A DNA stretch of 7,086 bases from an archaeon (GTDB taxonomy: Archaea; Iainarchaeota; Iainarchaeia; Iainarchaeales; CSSED10-239): positions 1 through 7,086 of the forward strand of contig DAOPNM010000026.1 of NCBI GenBank assembly GCA_035357435.1, in the 5' to 3' direction. Each line of letters begins with the position of its first letter. The first letter of the stretch is position 1. This document shows positions 1 through 6,107 of this stretch, piece after piece. The notes under the pieces are model-generated. The model was not told the DNA's origin. It made no database searches and was given only the letters and a program-made list of their open reading frames with translations. Made by a program: the position numbers and the translations under genes.

Positions 1-1182
1 ATAGATAATATAGATCCTGCACTAAGAAGGCCAGGAAGATTTGATAGAGAAATACAACTTGGCGTTCCAAATGAAAACGAAAGATTAGATATTCTAAAAA
101 TTCATACTAGAAATGTGCCACTTGGAAAAGATGTAGACTTAAAAAAAATTGCAGAAATAACATATGGATATGTTGGTGCAGACCTTGCAGCATTAATTAA
201 AGAAGCAGCAATAAATGCAATAAACAATGCAATAAAACAAATAAAAACACCATCAAAAGAAGAAGAAAAAAAAATATTAGAAAACCTATCTATAACTAAT
301 GATGATATTCAACATGCATTAAAACATATACAACCTACAGGTTTAAGAGAAGTATATATAGAAACGCCAGACATAGACTATTCAATGGTAGGAGCACTAA
401 AAGAAGAAAAAGAAAACATGAAAGACATAATATATCTTTCTTTAAAAAAGAAAGAAGTTCTAGAAAAAATGAACATAAAACCACTTAGAAAAATATTAAT
501 ATATGGGCCACCAGGTACAGGAAAAACAATGTTTGTAAAAGCAACTGCAAAAACATTTGGAGTAAATTTTATACACATAAAAGGACCAGAAATATTAGAC
601 AAATACCTTGGCGAAAGTGAAAAAGCCATAAGAAATATATTCAAAAAAGCAAAAGAAGTATCTCCTTGTATCTTATTTTTTGATGAAATAGATGCATTAA
701 CAGAAAACAAAAATGAATATATAAACTCTCCAAAAATACTAGATCAACTATTAGTAGAACTAGACAACATAAACAATAAAGAAATAATATTTATTGCTGC
801 AACAAATAGACCAGAAAAAATAGATCAAGCATTTTTAAGAAGTGGAAGAATTGACAAAATTATTGAATTTAAAATTCCAAATGATTCACAAAGAAAAGAA
901 ATATTAGAACTATTATTGTCAAAAACACCAAACCAAAAAATAGATATAAATCAACTTGTAGAAAAAACAAAAGGATTTACAGGAGCAGATCTTTCACTAT
1001 TAATAACAGACGCTGCACTTCTTGCCTTAAAAGAAAACAAATATAAAGAAACAAAAATTACACAAAAACATATTGATAAAACTCTAGAAAAAATGACAAA
1101 TATTGGAAAAAACAACTCTGAAGAACAAGATGTTTTTGAAAACTTAAGAAAAGACAAAAACATAGCAAAGTATGTGTTATAA
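1..1182 (+). CDS. cdc48: Cdc48/VCP(p97)-type tandem AAA+ ATPase, 5'-truncated by the window edge (end of D1, linker, complete D2, C-terminal tail)
   Basis: Frame 1 is open from nt 1 (IDNIDPALRRPGRFDREIQLGVPNENERLDILKIHTRN..., typical end of a D1 module). The GTG at 115 in the ORF track is therefore internal. D2 has Walker A GPPGTGKT, Walker B ILFFDEID, sensor-1 ATNRP, Arg-finger region LRSGRID and GFTGADL. TAA stop at 1180-1182. Confidence 0.9.
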   Translation: MDNIDPALRRPGRFDREIQLGVPNENERLDILKIHTRNVPLGKDVDLKKIAEITYGYVGADLAALIKEAAINAINNAIKQIKTPSKEEEKKILENLSITNDDIQHALKHIQPTGLREVYIETPDIDYSMVGALKEEKENMKDIIYLSLKKKEVLEKMNIKPLRKILIYGPPGTGKTMFVKATAKTFGVNFIHIKGPEILDKYLGESEKAIRNIFKKAKEVSPCILFFDEIDALTENKNEYINSPKILDQLLVELDNINNKEIIFIAATNRPEKIDQAFLRSGRIDKIIEFKIPNDSQRKEILELLLSKTPNQKIDINQLVEKTKGFTGADLSLLITDAALLALKENKYKETKITQKHIDKTLEKMTNIGKNNSEEQDVFENLRKDKNIAKYVL

Positions 1183-1203
1183 CTATTTTTAATAAAAAAA
1201 TAT
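1183..1203. terminator. Putative bidirectional oligo-T terminator between convergent cdc48 and M50 protease genes
   Basis: The 21-bp spacer ctatttttaataaaaaaatat has T5 on + (1186-1190), 4 nt after the cdc48 stop. It has A7 on + (T7 on -, 1194-1200), 4 nt after the M50 stop. Archaeal termination typically uses oligo-T tracts. Confidence 0.35.
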
Positions 1204-1851
1204 TTAAAAAACAAACAAAAACAAAATGGGAACAAGAAACATAACAATCCATACAACTGGATTCCAAACAATCACTTTTTTCCCATCTAATGGGCCAATT
1301 GGAATTAAATTAAATAGTGCTATCCACAAATTAATAAAAACACCATAAGAAACAACCATCAAAGACACCCCAAAAACACCAAGAAGCATAAAAACAAATG
1401 CCATTCCTATGTTAAGAAGTGGACCTGCCATTGATGTCAGCCCTTCCTCTTTTGTACTTAATCTTTTACCAAAAATATATACTGCACCAGGTGCAACAAA
1501 AACAAAACCAAACAAAATAGCAACAACAATTGCCAAAACCAATGGTATTGGCCACATAATAAATCTTGCTTGCGCACCATAATGTATTGCTGTATACTTA
1601 TGTGCTAACTCATGTAAAATAAAAGAAGTACCTGTTACAACTAAACTCAAACCAAAAATTGGAAAAAAAACAGAAAAAGAAAAAGGAATTGCTGTTTGTG
1701 AAAATAATTTAGAAACTATATTAAAATTACCTAATGCTATTGCAAAACAAAAAGAAATTGCTAACCATGCAATAATTATATCAAAAACTTCTGATTTTGG
1801 ACTCTTTAATTTCATAATATCTAATATTAAGAAAGAAATATTTAAATTCAT
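1204..1851 (-). CDS. Peptidase family M50 (site-2-protease-like) integral membrane zinc metalloprotease
   Basis: HExxH motif (FILHELAHKY) lies inside a hydrophobic segment. Second signature is NLIPIGPLDG (the LDG motif of S2P/M50). The protein is polytopic and hydrophobic throughout. The start could instead be the second Met (MKLKSPKSE, nt 1815). Confidence 0.85.
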   Translation of the reverse strand: MNLNISFLILDIMKLKSPKSEVFDIIIAWLAISFCFAIALGNFNIVSKLFSQTAIPFSFSVFFPIFGLSLVVTGTSFILHELAHKYTAIHYGAQARFIMWPIPLVLAIVVAILFGFVFVAPGAVYIFGKRLSTKEEGLTSMAGPLLNIGMAFVFMLLGVFGVSLMVVSYGVFINLWIALFNLIPIGPLDGKKVIVWNPVVWIVMFLVPILFLFVF

Positions 1852-1912
1852 TTCATTTTATTAAAAATATAAAACCTTCTTTTTAAAAAATAAAAAAAGT
1901 GCCCAAGAATTA
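1852..1912. promoter_or_regulatory. AT-only divergent promoter region (TATA-like tracts) for the M50 gene (-) and a possible + strand transcript
   Basis: TAAAAATATAAAA at 1862-1874 and TTTTAAAAAATAAAAAAA at 1881-1898. The second tract is centred about 25 nt upstream of the ATG at 1913, the spacing expected for an archaeal TATA box driving a leaderless mRNA. Neither flanking start codon has an SD motif. Confidence 0.3.
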
Positions 1913-1915
1913 ATG
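1898..1915 (+). repeat. Copy 1 of an 18-nt direct repeat (15/18 identical; 13-nt exact core CCAAGAATTAATG at 1903-1915)
   Basis: agtgcccaagaattaatg here versus atggtccaagaattaatg at 2051-2068. The offset is exactly 153 nt (51 codons) and both copies end in ATG. Confidence 0.7.
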
Positions 1916-2023
1916 AGTTTTAAAAGGAAAGAAACCATTAAAATCATAAACAAATCTGAAAACAACAGATCCACACAAGATTTGTTGGACACATTTAGAG
2001 AAGTTTGGCAAAGATATTATTAA
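1913..2023 (+). CDS. Hypothetical small basic protein (36 aa), unrecognised; may be non-coding
   Basis: ATG..TAA ORF MSFKRKETIKIINKSENNRSTQDLLDTFREVWQRYY. It has A-rich coding-strand-like composition on + although both neighbouring genes are on -. A TATA-like tract sits about 25 nt upstream and there is no SD (leaderless-type architecture). I see no family match. Confidence 0.25.
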   Translation: MSFKRKETIKIINKSENNRSTQDLLDTFREVWQRYY

Positions 2024-2050
2024 AACGAAAGAAGTAAAAAGTAGATTAAA

Positions 2051-2068
2051 ATGGTCCAAGAATTAATG
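2051..2068 (+). repeat. Copy 2 of the 18-nt direct repeat (exact core 2056-2068)
   Basis: Same reading frame as copy 1. The copies translate as AQELM (copy 1) and VQELM (copy 2). Copy 2 opens a 24-codon ORF (2051-2125, MVQELMYYLLEVLKIKEKHTKSKQ). Confidence 0.7.
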
Positions 2069-2086
2069 TATTATCTTTTAGAGGTT

Positions 2087-2104
2087 CTAAAAATAAAAGA
2101 AAAA
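2087..2104 (-). terminator. Putative oligo-T terminator of the TatD-family gene
   Basis: The minus strand reads TTTTTCTTTTATTTTT about 28-45 nt downstream of the TAG stop (2132-2134). Confidence 0.4.
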
Positions 2105-2131
2105 CACACAAAATCCAAACAGTAATGTTTT

Positions 2132-2890
2132 CTACAACCTTAACCTGTTTTTAACCTTTGGAAACAAATTACAAAAATTTGTGAAAACTTGATTTTGAAG
2201 TTCTTGTAAATTAATATTGTTTTGTTTACAAAAAACATTATATGACTCTTTTATATCTAAAACATCTGGAGTTAATCCATTATAAGGAACAGGATAATCA
2301 GTTTCTATAAATAATTGAAATAAATGATTTTTTATATCAGGAATATTTGGCCTATTATACCTAATTGTTAAAAAATAATTTCTATCTAAAGCATAACTTA
2401 ACTCTTCTAAACTTCCAGAAAACCAATGTAAAACAACTTTTAACTTCCAAGAGGATAAAATATCTAAAACATCTTTAGTTGCATATCTACTATGGATAAT
2501 AACAGGTTTATTTAAACTCTCTGCTAAAAAAAGTTGTTTTTCAAACAATTGTTTTTGTAGACTTTTTTGTTCTGTTGTCTTTGCAAGTTTATAATCTAAA
2601 CCAATTTCTCCAATTGCTAAAGCATTACTATAATTCATTTTATTTAAATCCTCAAAACATTCATTTATCGATTTAATAGAAACTTGTTCAGGATATAAAC
2701 CATATGCAAAAAACAAATTTGGAATATTTTCATTTCTTATATCTTCTAATTTCAAATAGGAATTAAAATCAGTACTAGCAGTTAAAGAAATCAAACTATT
2801 TTCAGAAAAAACCCTTTTTAAATAATCTTTTGAGACATCTTCATAGTGACAATGAAGATCTATGTAATAATTATAATTGTTATTATTCAT
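2132..2890 (-). CDS. tatD: TatD-family metal-dependent hydrolase (DNase-like amidohydrolase fold)
   Basis: The family's ordered metal-ligand motifs are all present: N-terminal HxH (IDLHCHYED), IGEIGLDY, VIIHSR, VLHWFSG and ETDYP. Length (252 aa) is typical. Confidence 0.85.
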   Translation of the reverse strand: MNNNNYNYYIDLHCHYEDVSKDYLKRVFSENSLISLTASTDFNSYLKLEDIRNENIPNLFFAYGLYPEQVSIKSINECFEDLNKMNYSNALAIGEIGLDYKLAKTTEQKSLQKQLFEKQLFLAESLNKPVIIHSRYATKDVLDILSSWKLKVVLHWFSGSLEELSYALDRNYFLTIRYNRPNIPDIKNHLFQLFIETDYPVPYNGLTPDVLDIKESYNVFCKQNNINLQELQNQVFTNFCNLFPKVKNRLRL

Positions 2891-2935
2891 AAATATTATA
2901 TATGATAGAACTAAAATATAAAAACTTTGTTTTAA
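2862..2935. promoter_or_regulatory. Inferred back-to-back promoters embedded in the first codons of the divergent TatD and methyltransferase genes
   Basis: The two start codons (2890 on -, 2902 on +) are only 11 bp apart (aaatattatat) and neither has an SD. TATA-like tracts lie inside the opposite ORFs: taataattataatt at about 2862-2875 for the + gene, and tttttatatttta (minus strand, about 2912-2924) for the - gene. Position is inferred only. Confidence 0.25.
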
Positions 2936-3501
2936 ATATTCCTCCAGAAATATACTTACCAGCAGAAGATACCTATTTATTATTAGAAACTATTAAACAA
3001 AAAATAGATTCTAAAAAAAACAATTGCTTAGAAATAGGGTTTGGAAATGGCATTATTTCTCTTGAATTGTATGACAAATGTAAACAATTAACCTGTGTAG
3101 ATATAAATCCAAAAGCTATAAAATATTTGGAACAAATTAAAAAAAAATATAATTTAAAAAACATGAAAATAATTAAAAGTAATTTATTTGAAAAAATAAA
3201 TAAACAAAAATTTGATTTAATTATATTTAATCCACCATATGTTCCATCAGAACAAATAGAAGATATTTCTACAGATGGAGGAAAATATGGAAGAGAAATT
3301 ATTATCTCATTTATAAATCAACTTCCAAAACACTTAAAAAAACAAGGAAAATGTTATTTATTGGTTTCTTCTCTTAATAATATAAGATATATTAAAAAAC
3401 AAATAAAAAAAAATAAACTACAACAAAAAATAGTAAACCAACAAAAACTATTTTTTGAAACATTATATGTTTTGGAGATAAAAATATGCCAACAAATGTA
3501 A
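2902..3501 (+). CDS. HemK-related / Mtq2-like SAM-dependent methyltransferase (probable release-factor glutamine-N5 methylase class)
   Basis: N-terminal YLPAEDTYLL motif, SAM motif I LEIGFGNGIISLE, acidic loop CVDINP and catalytic IIFNPPYVPS (NPPY). The roughly 200-aa size matches the short archaeal HemK-related enzymes rather than DNA methyltransferases carrying a target-recognition domain. Confidence 0.75.
   Translation: MIELKYKNFVLNIPPEIYLPAEDTYLLLETIKQKIDSKKNNCLEIGFGNGIISLELYDKCKQLTCVDINPKAIKYLEQIKKKYNLKNMKIIKSNLFEKINKQKFDLIIFNPPYVPSEQIEDISTDGGKYGREIIISFINQLPKHLKKQGKCYLLVSSLNNIRYIKKQIKKNKLQQKIVNQQKLFFETLYVLEIKICQQM
3474..3478 (+). promoter_or_regulatory. Shine-Dalgarno-like GGAGA for the GTPase gene, inside the methyltransferase 3' end
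   Basis: GGAG lies 8 nt upstream of the ATG at 3486. The two ORFs overlap by 16 nt. Confidence 0.5.
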
Positions 3502-4589
3502 ATTATGAATATGTTGCAGCAACCAATAAATATGAAAATGCAAAAACAGATGAAGAAAAAGTAATTGCATTACAAGAAATGATATCAACAGCACCAAGTC
3601 ATAAAGGTGCAGAAAACTTAAGAAAACAACTAAGTAGAAACTTGGCAAGCTTAAAAAATAAAATAGAAAAAAAGGAACAAATTAAAAAAAAATCAGGGCA
3701 TGCCATCAATATTAAAAAAGAAGGAGCAGGACAAATTGTGATTATTGGTGAAACAAACTCAGGGAAAAGTACATTTCTTACAAAATACACAAATGCAAAA
3801 CCATTAATTGCAGCATATCCACATACAACAACAAAACCAGAAGTTGGTATGTTAAATTATGGAGGAGCAAACATACAACTTATAGAAATCCCTTCTCTTT
3901 TAGATTCAAAAGAAACAGGAACACAACTATTTTCAATGATACGAGTTGCTGATGGGGTTGTAGTAATCATTAAAGATGGAAATATAGAAGAACTTAAAAA
4001 AATCATTAAAACTTTAGAAAAAAAAGACATATATATTACAAAACAAAAACCAAAAATAGAATGTAAAAAAAGTGAATTTCCTGGAATATTTTTTATAAAC
4101 GAACAAAATCTATTAATTCCAAAAAAACAAGCACAAGAATTTTTAGAAAATGCAGGTTACAAATCATATACTGTTATATTAAATCAAAAAACAAGTATGG
4201 ATGACCTTTTACTTTTAATTAATCCAAGAGCGGTATATAAACCAGCAATATGCATATCTATGCCATTTACTAAAAAAACAGAAAATACAAACTACTTAAA
4301 TATACCAATAATCGACTTTAATAATGAAAAAGAGGTTAGAGAAAACATCTTTAAAATATTAAACAAAATAATTGTATATACAAAAAAACCAGGAGAAAAA
4401 ACAGACACAAACACCCCACTTGTTTTAAACAAAGATGCAACTGTATTAGATGCAGCAAAAGAAATACACAAAATATTCTATAAAAACTTAAAATCTGCAA
4501 AAGTGTGGGGGAGTTCAAAATTTGAAGGACAAACTGTTTCTAAAAATTATGTTTTACAAAATGGAGACGTTGTAGAATTTATATTATAA
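3486..4589 (+). CDS. DRG-family (Obg/OBG-HflX-like) GTPase with C-terminal TGS domain; divergent nucleotide-binding motifs
   Basis: G1 GETNSGKS (3747-3770) and G2 AAYPHTTTKP are present. The central insert domain is typical of DRG. The C-terminal TGS-like region reads PLVLNKDATVLDAAKEIHKIFYKNLKSAKVWGSSKFEGQTVSKNYVLQNGDVVEFIL. The protein is colinear by eye with eukaryotic DRG1. Confidence 0.85.
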   Translation: MPTNVNYEYVAATNKYENAKTDEEKVIALQEMISTAPSHKGAENLRKQLSRNLASLKNKIEKKEQIKKKSGHAINIKKEGAGQIVIIGETNSGKSTFLTKYTNAKPLIAAYPHTTTKPEVGMLNYGGANIQLIEIPSLLDSKETGTQLFSMIRVADGVVVIIKDGNIEELKKIIKTLEKKDIYITKQKPKIECKKSEFPGIFFINEQNLLIPKKQAQEFLENAGYKSYTVILNQKTSMDDLLLLINPRAVYKPAICISMPFTKKTENTNYLNIPIIDFNNEKEVRENIFKILNKIIVYTKKPGEKTDTNTPLVLNKDATVLDAAKEIHKIFYKNLKSAKVWGSSKFEGQTVSKNYVLQNGDVVEFIL

Positions 4590-5075
4590 TCTATCTATTT
4601 GTAGCTTAATAATTTTTCCTTTATCAACAACTGCAAGAACATACTTTGCACCAATAGAATGTGCTAACCTTTGCGATTTTATAAGTTTTGTAATATCTTC
4701 TTTATTTGAATGTTTTACATCAACAACCCATTTAGTGTGTTGACTTTTACTTTCATAAACTCTAAAATCAAAACCAAAAGATAAGGCTTCTTTTATAATC
4801 AAACCAATATCTCTATAATGCTTAAACACAAAAAATTTATTTTCAAAATCAGAAACTTGTTTTTTACAAAAAAGATCTAATTGCTTTTTTGTTAAAGGTT
4901 TGTTATTAATATAAACAAAACTTAACTTTCTTTTATCAAAAAGATATTTTGTTTCAAACAGATCTAAAATAAGTTTATTATTTTGTTTTGTTCCATAACC
5001 TTTTTGAACTAAAACACTTTTTAGATTTGGATTTACTATTTCACAACCATCTTTCTTTAAATAACCATTAATCAT
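4584..5075 (-). CDS. endA: tRNA-splicing (bulge-helix-bulge) endonuclease, short catalytic-type subunit
   Basis: The C-terminal domain GFDFRVYESKSQHTKWVVDV...RLAHSIGAKYVLAVVD carries the Tyr/His/Lys catalytic triad (Y107, H113, K144). The H-to-K spacing of 31 matches what I recall for the Methanocaldococcus enzyme. The N-terminal domain has KGYG...LDLFETKYL. Confidence 0.85.
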   Translation of the reverse strand: MINGYLKKDGCEIVNPNLKSVLVQKGYGTKQNNKLILDLFETKYLFDKRKLSFVYINNKPLTKKQLDLFCKKQVSDFENKFFVFKHYRDIGLIIKEALSFGFDFRVYESKSQHTKWVVDVKHSNKEDITKLIKSQRLAHSIGAKYVLAVVDKGKIIKLQIDRL

Positions 5076-5092
5076 ATCTTTTCACAAAAAAA

Positions 5093-5392
5093 CTATTTAT
5101 ACAAAGTAAACATGTTTCTATCAATTCCATAAAACAAACCAATTCTTACACCTGCATCTAACCAAGCATAAGCATATGAAAAAGAAGCTAAGGCTCTTAT
5201 ATAATCTTTATTTTCTTCTAAATACTCTCCATCTGAAAGATAATTTTTTGCCATTGAAAGATAATCATTTGCCATATCTTTTAAAAAAGAATCATTTTGT
5301 ATATTAATTTTTATTATAGATAATGCTTTCTTTAACATCTTTTTATATTTATCACAATATTTTTTTAAATCATTTTCTATATTTGAAACCAT
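5093..5392 (-). CDS. DUF357-like small helical archaeal protein of unknown function
   Basis: 99 aa with the core I associate with this family: ...AKNYLSDGEYLEENKDYIRALASFSYAYAWLDAGVRIGLF... The call rests on remembered family consensus, not a search. Confidence 0.6.
   Translation of the reverse strand: MVSNIENDLKKYCDKYKKMLKKALSIIKINIQNDSFLKDMANDYLSMAKNYLSDGEYLEENKDYIRALASFSYAYAWLDAGVRIGLFYGIDRNMFTLYK
5094..5101 (-). promoter_or_regulatory. Possible TATA box (TATAAATA on -) for endA, overlapping the stop of the upstream DUF357-like gene
   Basis: TATAAATA lies 19-26 nt upstream of the endA ATG, and endA has no SD. The spacing is slightly short for a perfectly leaderless start. Confidence 0.3.
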
Positions 5393-6107
5393 CTAATGCC
5401 TCTTTTTCAAAATCATTAAGTTCTCCACAAATAATTAAAGATTGAGGAAACTGTTTTAAATATATATTTTTATAATCTTCAAAATTAAAAACAACAATCT
5501 CTTGGGTATTTGAACCAAGACCACCTAAACCAATAGCAATACATTTATTTAGAATATTCTTTGTATCTATCTTTTTCAAAATATCACATGCATCTTTAAT
5601 ATTCATAAAAATATTTTTTTCAATATCAATATCTAAAAGGCACAAAGTATGTGCACCTATAAACAAATTCTGTTTCAAAACTTCAAAAAAACTTGTTGGT
5701 GCATAATTTGGTTTAGGATAAACAATAGAAATAGTTTTTCCAAACTTATATTCTGACAAACCACAAATGCCTTTATAACTAAAAATTGAAATCCCTGGGA
5801 GGATTTTACAAACTAACCCACGCTTAACTGCCTCTTCATATACACTAAAATGAGTTGTTGCAGATAAAGGATTTCCAATAACCAAAAGACAACAATTATC
5901 TTTAATAAACTCTTGCTTTTGTTCTAAATCTTCACGAGACAAACAAATAATCTTTTTAGAAATAAACTTTTCTAAATCATCTAAAGAACCCTGACTAAAA
6001 GCACTAGTATAATTATCCAAATAAACAAAATTACATTCTTTAATTATATCTAAGGCTTCTTGTGTAATTTGCTTTGGGGTTAAACCAATACCTATAATAT
6101 AAAACAT
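5370..6107 (-). CDS. dph5: Diphthine synthase (tetrapyrrole-methylase-fold SAM methyltransferase acting on aEF-2)
   Basis: The N-terminus MFYIIGIGLTPKQITQEALDIIKECNFVYLDNYTS is colinear with the canonical Dph5 start. LLVIGNPLSATTH, GISIFS and FGKTISIVY blocks are present. 245 aa. Confidence 0.9.
   Translation of the reverse strand: MFYIIGIGLTPKQITQEALDIIKECNFVYLDNYTSAFSQGSLDDLEKFISKKIICLSREDLEQKQEFIKDNCCLLVIGNPLSATTHFSVYEEAVKRGLVCKILPGISIFSYKGICGLSEYKFGKTISIVYPKPNYAPTSFFEVLKQNLFIGAHTLCLLDIDIEKNIFMNIKDACDILKKIDTKNILNKCIAIGLGGLGSNTQEIVVFNFEDYKNIYLKQFPQSLIICGELNDFEKEALDGFKYRK
5398..5403 (-). promoter_or_regulatory. Shine-Dalgarno-like AGAGGC for the DUF357-like gene, inside the dph5 3' end
   Basis: GAGG lies 6 nt upstream of the ATG at 5392. 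The ORFs overlap by 23 nt. Confidence 0.45.

Noticed and set aside
115-117. GTG at 115 as the start of the AAA+ ATPase
   Set aside because: The frame is open from nt 1 and the upstream residues (ALRRPGRFDREIQLGVPNENERLDIL) are canonical AAA+ D1 sequence. The gene is simply cut by the window edge.
1150-1182. The Cdc48 C-terminal ...NIAKYVL as a proteasome-docking HbYX motif
   Set aside because: HbYX requires Tyr at the penultimate position, whereas here Tyr is third from the end. This could be a lineage variant, but I cannot support a functional claim from sequence alone.
378-1271. Minus-strand ORFs 378-710, 951-1271 and 1058-1267 from the ORF track
   Set aside because: They lie antisense to the well-supported cdc48 gene. 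Their translations are Phe/Ser/Leu/Cys-rich low-complexity sequence, as expected from reading the T-rich complement of an A-rich coding strand. No motifs are present, and 951-1271 also runs through the terminator spacer.
1861-1947. 28-codon hydrophobic minus-strand ORF (MILMVSFLLKLINSWALFLFFKKKVLYF) upstream of the M50 protease
   Set aside because: It is the T-rich complement of an A-rich stretch. It runs through the TATA-like tracts and has no SD or promoter spacing of its own, so it is most likely a compositional artefact.
1913-1959. Possible C/D-box sRNA in the gap (AATGAGT ... CTGA at 1956-1959)
   Set aside because: The C-box candidate does not match RUGAUGA, there are no internal C'/D' boxes, and there is no terminal stem. 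Spacing alone is not evidence.
2973-3790. Minus-strand ORFs 2973-3164, 3463-3648 and 3599-3790
   Set aside because: These are antisense shadows of the methyltransferase and GTPase genes with the same low-complexity hydrophobic composition. There are no start-site signals.
4508-4530. tRNA T-arm-like string GGGGGAGTTCAAAATTTGAAGG, and a general search for tRNA or split-tRNA halves near endA
   Set aside because: No complementary stem or acceptor arm is present, and it lies within the conserved VWGSSKFEG block of the TGS domain. There are no GC-rich islands anywhere in the window of the kind structured RNAs form in such AT-rich genomes.
2132-4589. TatD nuclease plus NPPY methyltransferase plus GTPase read as a restriction-modification or McrBC-like defence module
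   Set aside because: The methylase is short, has the YxPAEDT N-terminal motif of HemK-related protein methylases and has no target-recognition domain. The GTPase has the DRG insert and a TGS domain, not a McrB fold. TatD is divergently transcribed and is a ubiquitous housekeeping hydrolase. Nothing suggests a defence island.
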